64,000 nucleotides of DNA. Origin: Takakia lepidozioides. Lineage: Eukaryota; Plantae; Bryophyta. The stretch is taken from NCBI GenBank assembly GCA_030704615.1, contig CM060731.1:70308001-70372000 (forward strand), in the 5' to 3' direction. This document shows, piece by piece, positions 1 to 14,100 of the stretch. The translations under genes and the position numbers were made by a program. A model generated the notes under the pieces. That model did no database searches. It saw only the letters and a list, made by a program, of their open reading frames with translations, and was not told where the DNA came from. How positions within the stretch are numbered: the stretch's first letter is position 1; each line of letters starts with the position of its first letter.

Positions 1-650
1 CTCAGCAATAGTTAGCTGGTACCCAGCAGAGCATCCTTACAAGTGCCAACTGGTGGGCATGTACTGGCAGGAAATCGCTGGCTATCGCACTATCGGACAG
101 ACCCCTGAGCTGGATATGGAAAACTCCAACAGCTCATGTAGGTTTTCCTTCGAAAACTGATCATGGGATCGTGGTCAGGCAAAAAGGTATAATATGGAGC
201 ACTCAGATTTAAATCCCAAGTCAGTTTCCTGGAGAATCTCCAATACCGTCCACGGCCCTGTAGGTGAATCAGGCTGCACACCAAGCAGGCCCCCATGGAA
301 ACCTGTAGCAGCAGCAAACTTTGGTCCAGACTTTGGGATTCGGCCAGCGCCCACAGATGATTCCAAGGTCCAACCCACTCTACCTACGACTTTCTATCGT
401 TGTTGGAAACAGCGGCCCACCGCCCAACTGACTGTTGCTCCGCAGTACGTCAGTGTCACTGATCTCTTTGCAGCTCTGCCCCGGCGGCTAAGGAAGCCGA
501 AGCCCCAACCCGAATACTCTTTCTTGCACCCAACACAGGCAGAGGCGCACAGTGGTGGGACCCCAAAATCAGAGACAGTCCTGCTCAGGTAACAACCTGT
601 GATGACGAACTGACGTGAGTTTTTCAAGGGTAGCTGTCGAGATGTTAGCT

Positions 651-1371
651 TCACATGATTCTTCGTACCCTTACATCTCTAGAGTAGATCTTGATCATAT
701 GTTCTCTACTCGACATGCTCATCGAAGTAATTTGAGCTACAGAATTGGAAGTGAAGCTGCGCAGCACTAACTTTACATCAAGATTTAAATCTCTTGCCCT
801 CTGGGATGTTTTCAGGTCTAGGGAGGTGACCCCAAAGTCAGTGCTCGAGGCTCCCAGGTCTGCGGCCAAGTCTCCGCCATCACCAGCCGGGTCCGTGGCC
901 AGGTCTGCGGTCATTTCCACACCGTCTGCAACAGGGTCTCTGGCCAACTCTCGAACCTCATCTGCAGGCAGGTCTGTACTCAACTCTCCGCTACCATCTG
1001 CAGGCCGATCTTCGGCTAACTTCCCACCGTCCGCTGCTGAAACTTCAAGGCCGATATCTCTTGCAAACCTGCCTTCAAGAGCTGGTAGCTCGGGCACCAG
1101 TACATCACTACAGGCCACCTCCAGGCCAGACACCTCAAGTTCAGCACAAAGCCAAACGAGGCCTCCACAAACCCCTGGTGATTCAAGTTTGGCACCAGGA
1201 TCGCCCAAGTCTACGATATCTTCCACCACAAGCCACATGAGGGACGACGAGCTTGGCAGCCCAAAGAGTCGGAGCACTATAGCAAAGCACAATACCCCTG
1301 CCCAATTTCCGATCACCACAGATGAATTCACCTCCCGTCCTAGTCACTCGCGCATGGAAAGGAGCACTTGA
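651..1371. repeat. Low-complexity region with degenerate ~36-bp repeats, open on both strands; probably a TE-derived ORF remnant
   Basis: catctgcaggc at ~959 and ~995, with related words at ~923 and ~1028. The minus ORF shows a 12-aa period (ADGSGELSTDLP/ADEVRELARDPV/ADGVEMTADLAT). No recognisable domain. Confidence 0.3.
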
Positions 1372-3201
1372 ACGCCGCATGCCTACGGGTTAACAACTGG
1401 CACTGCCACAGACGGGAATGAGAAGGAGTAGGCCGGGCAGGCATGGAGGGACCAAGCAAACGCTGTGTAAAGCAAACCGAGCTCATGTGGTCACTATTAT
1501 TTCGCGCACCTGGTGTTCGGAGGCTGTCTGGAAAGGCGCAATCCCCAACAAGCCGTCCTAGAGCACGAAGAAAGAATCCCTGTCCAGCAATTGATATATG
1601 TGTCCTGTGTACAGCTGATCAGAATGTACATGTATGTGCAAGTCCTTACGTCTCTACAGGTCCTGTACTACTGAGTTACCGCATTTACATATCTGTGTAC
1701 GTAAGAATCGAGCTTGCATGCTTTTTATCTGAGATTGGTGGAACAGAGACAGAGATGGAAGGTGGCATAAGCCCCAGGGATTTACGGCAGTATGTGCTTC
1801 TTGTTTCTGCACTTTTCCCTTCACGCATATGATACTGATCTTCGAGTTGATTACTTCATTCTTTCAAAATTGCTGATTGTGATTTGATTGATACCAGCAC
1901 CACAAGGGCACCAGATAACCAGAATGATGATAATAGAACCTTGAAAAGAAGGCGCCGGTGATCCAAAATCAGAAGATTCTAGATACCAGTCACGGTGAGT
2001 TCCAGTGTGAATCATTGAAGACATCTTCACCCCCCTTGGAACCTTGAATGTTCAGACCCACAATTTGCACGCCACCCGTCTTCTTCCATATATCATTTCA
2101 GATAGCAGGTCTGCTCCTGCTTGCATGCAGCTTGTGACGAGACCACTCAATCTGGCCTCTTGAGAATGACTCGAAATGATACATATCCACTGTCCTCCAG
2201 TAGAGGGGAAGTCACGCGGCACTGGTGGGACCGATGCAAAGCACATGTGGTGCAGCGCATGATAGCTCGAAGAAAAATAACTACGTTTTGGGATCACACG
2301 GACTACTACGTAGAAGAATTACTCTTGATACCATCATTGATTTCTAGGGCTCCTGATCTCGTCAAGAAGATCCAAGGTATTCATGTTAATGAACATCGCT
2401 ACCGGAGTTGATAAGACAGTAGGGACCTAAAGTTGGACGAGGCATTGCTGCACTCACGAGGCCGGAGCGGCGGAGTGCAGTCGCTCGCATTTTGTCGTGC
2501 AACTGTGCAAGCGTGACACTTCTCAGCATCCACGAGGATTCCCAACTGGAAAGGATGAGACTCGGGCCGGACAACTTGCTTAACAGAAGATGTTTTCTTT
2601 ATTATTCGGAGACTGCAGCTGCAAGCATGAATCCAAAAAAGCATATGAGGCTTTCCTGGAAATAGAAGACAAATGCAAAGTTGGGCATTCGGGCCAATCT
2701 TCACAATTTTGCTACTCCCGTGTTTTGTCCGATTCCTCACATTCCGCTTTGTCGTTCTAAAGTCGGTGGATCCCACCAAGGCATTACTATAGCATTCGGG
2801 CTTATGGGTACATCACCGTACCGTCTTCAGGTCTTCGCAGTTTTGGGTTTGCTTTCGATTACTGAGAACAGCAGGCATTAGATCCATCGCCCCATCGTAC
2901 TTTGTCAGCGAATCAGTTTTGAACTTCGTGTCTCTCTCTTGATCAGCGGATTGTGTTGTACTGTGTGTGTGAGGTGCGTTGGCGAACAGAGCCTTCGAAA
3001 GGATTCACATTTGGTTCAAGCAAAATGCTTCCAGAAAATGTTCGTAGACATGTTTCTTCACATACGGCACTCAACTCTGGTGACTGTTAGCATGTAATGT
3101 TGACTGCATGCAGACGAAAACTGCAGTGCTGAGAAAGAAGAACAAGGCACGCTTTTCCTCCATCTGGCTGACCGTAGTTTTTCTGAGAGAAACGAGCAAG
3201 C

Positions 3202-5577
3202 ATGGAGTCTGCTGGGTCGCAAGGCGGTGGAGTGAATAGAGGAGCGAGGGGGTGGCGTAACAAAGGGGGGCTATTCGCTGGATCTGGCGTTGCACTTGGG
3301 ATGTTAGCGGTCGTTGGTGTGGGTGTTGTGAGCAAACATGTGTGGAATCGAAAGCGTAAGGATTTCTCTGGCTCTGAGGCACCGGAAGCTAAGGCCAATG
3401 GTGGGTCTATCCAAGGACCAGCAGTTGTAGCGGAAGGAAAAGCGAATTTGACGAATGGCAAAGTGAATGTTGAGCACGGGACTCAGGAGGGTGTGGGCAG
3501 CGAGCATCAAACTACTAAAGTCGCTAATGTTTTCGGTTTGAGGGAATCATCAAAGAGAAATCATGAGGGGATCAATGGCGACCAGCTGCATGCACCTGAA
3601 TCTGGGACACTGGGTCAAAATGGTTTACTGAATGGCATCAGGAACGGGTTGAATGGAGAAGCCCAATCACATCGCGAACCAAAGAAGCGGTCACCTGAGA
3701 TTGAGATTGTTGATAGCCCAAGCCCTGAAATTGTGGCATTCGATGGGGATCTGAAAGAGGGTGAGCTAAAGTTGGCGACCACAGACAGGTCACCTCCAGC
3801 AGTATTTATGAATAGTTCCAGGTGGGTACTATGTTTCGTCCCCTCTCTCTCCAGCTCTTCTATCCCTAAGTAAAAACGTGATGAACTTCAAACATCCGTG
3901 GACCCTTAGTGTCCCATGCAGACCACTGTGCTCAGACGTACTAGGCCTTCTCGTTTGCCTGAGCCCCACCTTGCCCCAGTGGAGGCTTCCCCGTGGTCTG
4001 GGTATTTGAGTGAAAATGCGGTGCACAACGATGGAACTTCCTGGTTGTCAGAGTTTCATGGATTCTTAGCACACTTTTTAGGAAGGTGCTTGCTGCCAGC
4101 ATTTGCTGTCCAGTTCAACAGAGACACCCCTATATGTGCCTGTGTGACATGTTTGCAAGTATTTTTTCTGCACTACAAATCTTCTCAGGTCCTTGGTGTC
4201 ATCTTCCCTTGTTAGTTTGTGTGGACAATTACAGATGGAGACAGTTGATTTGGTTGTGAATAGTAAAATCGTTGTCTTTTATTCCATCAAGCCCTGCAAA
4301 TGCTGTGTAAGAAGAAGAGGATGATGATAGTCTGATGGAGGACTATTTGGTTTGAGTAGCAAGTGGAGGGAGAGGGGAAGAGATTCGGAAAGGTGTTATG
4401 CTTACAATAACTTTGACCATGTGTCCAGAGAGAGACTGGCAAAAGCTGGATACAGTTTGGGGACAAGTACAGAAGAGCCAGCAAGAGCGAGCATTGCTCC
4501 TGAAAATCCACGTGTGGAAGGAGCTTTCGATGCACCACAGGTCTTAAATTCTGCTCTTCTGGTGAAGCTGTAATAACTTATAACTTATCAAGACAACTTA
4601 TTGTGCTTGATTGCCACTGAGATTAGTTCCACTTCCATGGCAGCTGGCAATTTTTTCTCAATGACAATTTGGATGTTGGGGTTAGTTTGTATTATTTCCT
4701 AGGTTTCCTTTTCATCGACTTTTCTCATTGCAGTAGTCTGAGGTTTCACATGGGGTTTCAATGGGAAATGCAGGGGAAGCGACCAGTCTCTCCAGACAGC
4801 TTCAAGCCTCCAAGTGATAAGACAGAATCGAAAAATGGGGATTCAGATTCACTTAACGGGTTTCCAGGAAAAAGTTTCAATGTTGGAGGCCAGTTGCAGC
4901 AGTCTGAAATTTGTCCCAGTCCTCTGGAGTGCTCTGGCACAGCAAAAAGTTCAGTGTCGCCCTATGAGATGGTAACTTCAGTGACAGATTTTTTGAGGGC
5001 AGCAGATACTTTGACTGATTCTATTGATGGGAAAGTCTATATTGATGGCAAAGTCTGTATCCATGGAAGAGTCCAGAGGTTGAAGCCCCAGAAACAAGCA
5101 CTTGCTGAGGTGCTAGAGGACTATAGGGAGGCTGTGGCAGAGAGCTCAAGACCAGAGGTCATCACTGAGTTCGACAGCGAGAGGACAGATGCCGTAGAAA
5201 GCTGGAACCCGGAGTTGTTAAAAGGGAATGGAAAGGATCCCAGCAGCAAGAGTTGTGATGTTGTTGATCTGCAAGATGGCAAGGATGCAGAGGCGCTGTT
5301 GAATGTGACAGCGTGTGCAGTATCTTCAGTCTGTAAAGTAGAAGAGACGGCTGAAGGGATCAAAGTGGAGAAAGTTGTGAAACAGGTTACTTTACTGTCT
5401 GCTCAACAAGCAGGGGTATCTCCAACAGAGGTTATGGGGTTGAAAAGGAAGGGTTCTTGGATAGAGGGACTGCAGAAGGTGCTGCCTATTGAGATACAGT
5501 TGATTGCAATTTTGCTTGGGTGTATGACTATGATCCTCTCAGTGGTGTGGAGGTACCAGAACCCACTGCCTGCATAG
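3202..5577 (+). CDS. Spliced gene for an uncharacterised protein with N- and C-terminal hydrophobic segments
   Basis: Long ORF from ATG 3202 (GVALGMLAVVGVGVV followed by basic RKRK), donor near 3821, probable internal exons near 3.92-4.0 kb and 4.33-4.54 kb, and a long last exon ~4735-5577 ending IQLIAILLGCMTMILSVVWRY. Internal splice sites not resolved. Confidence 0.6.
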
Positions 5578-6589
5578 CTGTTTGCTTTCAGACACTATGA
5601 GAGAGTTCGAATCCTCTGTAAAGTACGAGATCTGCCTTCTTTGATGCAGAATAGGATGAGCCTGCATAATCCCACGAGTTATATACACATTGGTTCAATC
5701 AACAGGTGTGCTCTTTTAGCAGATTAGGTTTCTCCAATAGTTGTTCTTGAGAGGAGTTTAGTTGGTTGATATGCGAATAGACATAGGCTAGGGCTTGGAC
5801 GGTTCCAAGTTACAGAGGTGTATGAAATGCTGGCTGGAGGCCCAGCTTTGGTTTTCCAAAGTGGCTGACAATGAAATTGGACATGCAAGCAAGTGTGTCT
5901 ACAGGGCCAAAACCCTAGATGAGAACAGGAAAGTATTGTGGTCCTGGCTATATATGCACAATGGCAGAGGAGACCTTGGGGAAACCCGGGACGCTGAAGT
6001 TGCTTCAGAGATGAATATCCACTTCTTTTTTCTAGGTCTGTCCCCCTCCTCGCTTTTCTTCCAGCTGACTCTGCCCAGCCTTTGAAGAGATGAGTTTCTT
6101 GAGGCTCCATCAATGTCTGGTAATAATGCAGGGCTTTGCATTGATCCCTTGAAGCTTTATGAGTTCAGTTCAAATGGTGCTTTGTCTGGTGTGTATGCTG
6201 TGTGATCTAATTGAGGTAGAGGAGTTACGGTGGCCAGAGGAGTCAGTGTGATTCTGTGAGACCCCTACAAATGTGATTCACAGCAATCGAGGAGATTGTG
6301 CACTAGTGTTTTAGTAGAGAGGTTCAGGCTTCACTGTTCTCCACATGCGCATTTGTGGCTGGAATTTCACAAAGTATGGAGAAAAGTCTAAGTCTGCTTG
6401 TTTGGGATCTGCTCTGTACAATGGAGGATTAGGCTGCAAACTCGAAATTCGGGTAGTATGGCCGCAAATTGTGCTTTACCAGACTCTTCATTGATAGACT
6501 AACAGCAATTTTCTTTACTCATCAATATCACTGATTGCAGATGAGGTGCAAGTTGCTTGCAGTGCAGGTTCCTAATGAAGGGACTCCCA

Positions 6590-7330
6590 TTATTCGAGTT
6601 TCCAGCCTTTGGTCCCCAAGTGAGCTTCCTCCCAACAATCGAATGAATCAAAATTTGCAGGAGTCGTTTGTGACCTCTTCAACTTTTTTTTCTGTTCATG
6701 TATGATGAAGGCCATCACATCACAATCATCTGAAAAACTCGACGATATGCTCGATTTTAAACCAAGTGGATGATTAGACAGAGGGGTGACTACAGAAACT
6801 CTAAATGTCCTAGCCATGTAGAAACAGCTTACCATGTGGAGAGGAGAGTCCAAAACATTGATATACTTCAGACCTCCAAGATTGTCAAGCGCCATGCAAC
6901 CTCACCATGAAAACTTTGTTGGCTTACATGCCTGCAATATCTACTCAAGAGAGAAGACTAGTATCATTGGTGGAGGTTTCAGGCTTAGATCATTTGATGC
7001 TCAAGGTTTCCACTGTAGGATCTTCAAGCAGGTTTCAAAGGAGGGTTGATTTGTACTGGAGAGAGATATACAGACCAAGACATGGTGAATCGAGATACCA
7101 ACGTGATTGTCTTGCTTTGTGTGATCTAACCAAAAATCAGAGAAAACTAAGTGTCCTGGACATAATTGTTACTAACTTAGAAAAATGCAGTTGATGGGTC
7201 TGTCAAACGAAAGAAGCATATCTCACTCACCATTTGCCATCACTCTCCGAATTGGCAAGCTTCATAGTCATCCAAAATTGAATCCATTAGAGCCCACCGC
7301 TTCCAAAGAGTAGTACAGATGCTCGAACTC
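6590..7330 (-). mobile_element. Possible degraded hAT transposase remnant
   Basis: Minus-strand LDSPLHMVSCF resembles the hAT HSPLHAAxxxLNP motif; many stops. Weak. Confidence 0.25.
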
Positions 7331-8171
7331 TCTGAATTCAACATACTGTTTTCATTTTTGGGGAGTAGTAATCTTGGAATATGCGGAACGTGTGATTGTT
7401 GTGCATGTTCATAAGGGACAATTTACCAGAATTTTCTCTGGATCGTCTTCAAGACATGTCATGAGTGGTAAGAATGTTCTTCACCGAATATCTGTTAGCT
7501 ATGCGTGGCAGCCGCCTTTCTATTCATTGAATGTCCCATCTCTTGTTAATGACATGATACATACCGACAAGCTGACGCCATGATAGCCTACAGATAGAGA
7601 AGATATTTTACAAACGTTGCAATTCCAGTGGCTGAAGATTGATGAAGGCTAAGTTACATGAAGGCTACATGATGAATGTGGCTGGGATTGCATGGCGATA
7701 TGACCTGACGAAATGTGAGGTCGCAGTGTGTTTCAACTTTTGGACAGTTGCCGGGCCCCGTCATCACCGCTTCACGTTTCTGAGAAGTACTGTAGAGTGA
7801 TGAGAGCTTATAGCTTCCAACGACCGTACTGCAGGGAGGCGAAAGATGAAAAGTTCAGAACATGGGTCAGAGCAATCTCAGATGAATGAATATAACGATT
7901 ACAGAGGCTCTTGGGAGTATCGGCTACCATGAATAGATCAGGCTGTTGAATGGTGGGAAGATGAGGATGGGTTTCTGGAAAAATTTCACCGCTGCGTAGT
8001 TGCTTGACTCACAACTGGGCGATGCCGAGAAGGTGTGAATGGTTTCTTCTATAACTGCTGCAGCGACCCATTCATGGAAACGACTTTCTTTTGATAGCTG
8101 ACGCTGATCAGATTTCCATGGTGGGGTTGGTACAGGATCTGAAGGCCTAGAGAGTGGACAAGGTGTGTGCA

Positions 8172-11100
8172 ATGGCGCCCCACGCACCAAATGTAGGTGA
8201 GTATGCGCCTGCAAATGGAGTAATGGGTCGCAGTACTCTGGATGGGGGTCCAGCCGCAGTCCAACCGTTGATGCGCTACACTCTGCAAGATGTGAGCCAG
8301 CACAATACGCCCAGTGATTGTTGGTTGGTGATATGGGGCAAAGTTTACGATGTCACGCGCTGGTGCGCCTCTCTGCCCTCTCATTGTCAATGCTGCAGAT
8401 AGGCTGATCCAGCTTGTGGAAGTGTAACTGAACTGGTTGATCTAGTAGCCTCTGCACTTCACGAGAATCTGCAGTGCAACACGCAGCAGGAAGTTTCAGA
8501 TAGGCTCTCTTGATCATGTTTTGTAGGGGATCGGTTCTGGTTGATATTCCAGATGAGCAGATGAAAGTATACCTCTGCCCTGTGTGATCCCTAGCTCATC
8601 TCTAGGATTCATTCAGGCTTTCTTTGAGCGTCGGTACTTTTCTTTCCTTTCTATGGTTAACTCTCATGGGGAAGCAGCACTGTTATCCCTCTGACCTGGT
8701 CCCAACGTTGTCCTTGTTTCTGCCCAAGTGTAGGGAGATGTGGTTTGGGTGTTAAAGGGCCTTCTGGTTGAGCTTTGTACTGTGAAGGATGGATCTAAGA
8801 CATCCATCCTGTTTTTCCTTGCTGAGCAGTGTTCACGAGCTGCCTGGGGTGGCAAATGCATTGTGTTGCAGGGTTCCAAAGCATCCTGGAGGCAGCCTTA
8901 TCCATATCAAAGCAGGCCATGATTCTACCCAGCTATTTGACTCGTATCACCCTCTATATGTCAGGTGCTTTGCTGGCCTTCTCTTTGTGCCTCCTTTTAT
9001 GGCTTTTACACTCAAGAAGTAGTATCACATTAGGTCTACAAATCTGAAAGTGCATGCAATCTCCAGGTCACTTTTTATGTTTCGTCATTGGAGAATTTCC
9101 ACGGAGTCTTGAAATAGATCCAGGTCATGGAGGAACACTTGGTGTTCCATCTTATAGCTGAGGTTTTTGAAAATCTATGAGATCAAATTCTGTGGACACT
9201 GAGCTGGCATAATCCCTGTAGGAAGATGCTGGAGAAGTATTGCATTGGAGAGCTACAGACATCGGTGGCAGATGAGAAATTCCGGTCCTCTCATCTTGAG
9301 TACTTGAATGCAGCACATGAAGAATTTTATCTTACTCTCAAGAAGCGCGTGGAGTCCTATTTTCAGAGGACGAAGGTATGTAGTGCTGCTTTCTGAGAGT
9401 CAAACATTGTGGATTTGTGCCTGAATATCATACCTTATTCAATTCCTTTCTTCGCTAGAAGATCTCAATGTCAAAATTTTAAGTGCTGATTCCAGATGGA
9501 TATGAATTGGGTGAAATAATCGTGTTTTGCAGATAAACCCGCGATTTCACCCTCACATGTTTCTGAAGTCTCTGGCCATAGTTTTTGGCTATTTGCTCTG
9601 CTACTATTTGACTTTCTTTAGTTCTACAAGCTTCCTCGTTTCCTTGGGATTTTCAATTGGAATGGGCTTCTTTGCCGCCGAAGTGGGAGTGTCGATTCAG
9701 CATGATGGCAACCATGGTGAGCTGGCAACTTTTTAAGAATTTCTAATTTAGTCCCTCCACAGCTTTTCACTGTGCTGAATTATCAGGAATTTCTAAATAA
9801 ACCCTGAAATAAGGTAGCATTGAGGTGTTATCATGGTGCATGTTGCGGCAAGGGGTGAAGGGGTGTTCATCTTCCTGTTACTTGTCTATGAAGGCAACTT
9901 TTGAAGCCCTGAAAAATGGTAGCATCTGGGGGTTTGTATGGTGCATTTCCGATCAGGGGATCTGTCTTCCCATCAGTTGTCTATGATGGCATTTACTGCC
10001 ACTTGCCATGGTGAAGAGGGGACATTGGGAGTGCTGGTGATTATCTAGTGGCCTAGGGAATACCTTAGCCTGTCCCTACATTTGAATACAAATCTACCAG
10101 CTCTGCTTATGTTACACCTCCCATAAATACCCTAATAGTGCAACCAAGAAATGTATTGGCACTTTTATCACACTTATAATCTAAAGTTCTGGGTGTGAAT
10201 GGAACATATGGTGGCAGGGGCATATTCGCAATGGCACTGTGTTGGGTACATTATGGGTGCCTCCCTTGATCTAATTGGTGCCAGCAGGTAATCCACACGT
10301 CCACGATACCTAGCATCTTGACCTGTTAATGATTGTGGCTCTAAACTGGCTAAACTTTACAATATTGGAAGAAGCTGTGATTCAAGCCATGGCCATCTTT
10401 CCAGATTTGTGTGACCAGCTACTCACATTGGGTTATATCTTTAGCTTACCACTCCCATGAATTACTTGGTTGGATTGATGACAGGCATGTCGCTCTGCTG
10501 GTCTACTTAAGTTGATGAAAGATCTTAAGTAACTGCTTCTGTCTCTATACTCACAATGGAGGTAAGGCTTGTTGACTGCAGCTTCATGTGGAGACAGCAG
10601 CATGTGGTGGGACACCATTCCTTCACCAACGTTGACGAATATGACCCTGACATTCGTGCGTTTATAAGTCCTCTCTTGTGTTGTATTAGGGTCATTCAGG
10701 ACTGTTCCAAATTTTCAATCTTCATCAGTTCTTGGGAGGCTTCCTAGCTTTCGGTTTCTTGTTGGTTATAGTGCGTACCTTCATCTAGCAACATATTCAC
10801 GACAACAAGATTTTTTGGGTTTATGTTTGGGCAACAGCCGCATAGAGTAAACTAGGGGGGGTATACATTCTTTGTATTACAACCCTTCCTAGTAAGGCTA
10901 TGCTTGCCTACATGCAACCAGGGAGGTCTCATTCCAGGGTGCATCATGCACCTGTCACAGTGCTATATAATCATGGGGGTGGGGACCTTGTTAGGTGGTA
11001 GGGAACTTAGAACAGCACTGGACATCTCAAATGAGGAGTCTCTTGGAATGTGGGAGAGGAAATTTACCAACATAGTGTTTGCAAGCATGTTGCAGGAGTG

Positions 11101-14100
11101 AAAGATCCAGATGTGCGGAGAGTGACATCCCAACAACCCAGACAATGGTACCATGCTTACCAGGTCTTTTTCTCTATATCTCTCCCACATGCAAACACAG
11201 GAGCTTTTGGATCTCCTTCATTCCTCATTCGTAGAGGATGGAGGTTTTTTTCTCTTTGTTCATGGTTCCTACCCTCAGTAATGTTCATACTTGTTTGGGG
11301 AATACAATTTTCTGCCAGAAGAGTGCACATGAGTTCTAAGCTATGGATAGTAGTTTTGATTTGCTCTAGTTGGCTATTCCACATTAGAATATGGATATAA
11401 CAAGTGTTGAAATTTGTTGGGTTCATTTTAACATGGACGTATTGCAGTGCCATCCTTGCTAGGTCTTTAAAGCTGAACTTGTTTTGGTGGTTGTCAGAGA
11501 TTGTGCTGCACACAGAAAGTCATGTGGCTTGTCCTATTGTTGGTTATTGCAGCATGTATACCTGGGAGCTCTATATGGCCTTTTGGCACTGAAGAGTGTC
11601 TTTCTTGATGACTTCAGCGCATACTTCAGTGGATCTATTGGCCCGTAAGTGGCCTCCTTTTCTCGCAGCATCTTATTTTCTGGGAACAATGTTCACGTGT
11701 TTGGCATGTTTGGATGACGGCAGTACATCTGCAGTAGGTCCATAAGTTGCTCGTATTTTCGCCAGGGTTGATGCAGACAAGAACAGGGCCCATAATCCCA
11801 TTGTTTAGGCTATGCATGCTATGGAACCCCTGCTGCAAGTCAGGAAATATTGAAGAAAGGCTGATCTCCATTGTCATTCCTTTGCTTTTGCTTGCGTCAG
11901 TTGATGACATGGGGACGGTTAATTTTTTGTATAGCTTGAGACAGTAGCACTGCTACCCAATTTTCTCCATCTTAAGCCTTGCCTGATGTGATCTCTCTAA
12001 CTTCCAACGCTAGAACTTGCTACAGACTTACTACATACTTTGCACTGAGGCCATAACTGATGCTCTAGGCCAGCGATGGAGGTCTCTCATGTCAGCTTTG
12101 GCTTGTCACAAAGTTCGTACCATTTGAGTCGAAAGTGCTGCTGATGCAAATTAATCACCTGAAGCCATACATGGATCTATGCTTATTCAAGTTTTGAAAC
12201 ATTTGAGGCACAAGTATGCTGATGCAACCACCTGAATCCATACCTGACAGCACTGCCAGACAAGTCTGTTGCAGACATCCCAAGAACTTAATTTTGAGTG
12301 ATTCTGTCTCATTAGCTGCACCTCAAGGCCCTTAACATTGAAGGCAGTGCCTTGTTTGTGAGGCAACCTTAGTGGTGCAAGTGCAATTTAAATGTCTTCG
12401 GTACTGAATTATCTGGACTGCATGGCTAGTGATGAAAGGAATTGTTTCTAATGAAGTAACATCAGTGCTGAGAAATTGTGTCCACATTGCATTGTGAAAT
12501 TTTTGTTTGCTGCAACCCTCAAGTAAATGGGGTGATGTTGGTAGCTCATGCAGGGCAGATTTGTACTCTCTGAAAGTTTTCTTGTTGTCCAGGACTTCAA
12601 CAATGAAAAACAACGAAAAGGAACTTATGTTTGAGATAATAGCACTGTTGAAAAGGGTTCTATGCAAAAGGCATACAGATTGTGTTGGTTCCCACTGGTC
12701 TGGTTTGGAGCAATCCTTGAGTTGAAGGAAGCAATGAGATTAAATGCAGGGAAGTGGTGTTTTTTTTGTGCATTGTAGAGTGAAGATCGCGAAAATGACA
12801 CCTCTGGAGTTAACTGTTTTCTCTGGAGGAAAACTGTTCTATGTGTTGTACATGTTCCTGTTGCCCTCTCTGTATGGTCATCACACTGTGGGGTCTTTCA
12901 TTTCGCTGTATGTAGTGTCTCAGGTATTCATCACAACATCTTGAAGCCCAATTTGTTCTTGAAATGTGTGAACCTGGCTTTTTTGTTTTTTAGCGCTTCT
13001 GCTTTTCAGGTTTGTGATTATCCTTCATGTTAGGCCTTGCTCTACTATATAGGCTGGACACATTCTTTCTCATTGCTTGATAAGGGAGGTTTTGCACTTC
13101 TTTTTAAAGTGGCACTTATATACCCAGATCGATTGATTGGTGAGTTCAAGTTTTGGGTTACTTGTCACAAAGAAGGTGGTGCTTATATTTGTATCATATC
13201 TGAGTTGATATGGATTTTTAGACCATTGTAACTTCAAATTCCTCTAGCTAACCTTCAAAGCTGTTGGCGATGACACAGCTGGTGACTGGCTGGTTGTTAG
13301 CATTGGTGTTCCAAGTGGCTCATGTTGTGGAGGAGGCTGAATTTCCAGCAATTGATGAGAGCAGTGGCACTCCAAAAGTGCCTGGTGGCTGGGCTGCTTT
13401 GCAGGTGCCAAGCGTCCCTCGTCTCCATTGTTGTTATAGCTTTGTATGGGTTTGTAAAGCATCCAACAGATGCTCCAGTGGTTAGGGCACAACTCCACCT
13501 TATAAGTGGTTGTGGGTTCGAAGTCGAATAGGTGTATGTTGGATGTCACAAGGCTGGAGTCAGCCTTTTTTCTTTCGGGTTGTGAGGAGAAGAGTTCTAG
13601 TTCAACGACGAGGACCCTGGTCTGTATAAAGCCTTGGTGGACACTGCAATTGGATTGCATTGGCCTCATGGGATGGTGCACCGGGCTCCATCTAAAATCA
13701 CCGAAGTTTTGATCCTGCCAGGCATCCGAGATAGAGCTTGCTTGTTAAACTTCTGGCATCGGACTTGCTCTTGAGTGTCTGCCAGGGGTTCATGGAATCC
13801 CACATCAGGGGTTTTTTGTGGTCATCTGTCTGTGCTATCCACCACACAGCAAACTCAGTTAGAGGCTCTTAAATTTTGGGCTGATGGAGGATACAAGTTG
13901 TAGGATAAACATAAATGTTGTAAGCAAAGGGAAGTTGCCGGCTTCTGTATCTCAGTTTCTGGATTGAGAGGTTCTTCGACTGTGATGCATATGAGTTGCG
14001 GTTGTCTGCAGGTCGCTACCACTACAGACTTCAGCCCAAGGTCAATGTTCTGGACCCACATGACTGGCGGACTGAACAACCAGGTGATATTAGTGCATCC

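Noticed and set aside
745-1371. Real Ser-rich protein overlapping an antisense gene
   Set aside because: Dual open frames are explained by GC-rich 36-bp repeats; no domain or splice support.
10655-10660. Non-canonical GC-AG intron in the desaturase
   Set aside because: A canonical GT donor after 10655 gives the right phase with the acceptor at 11095.
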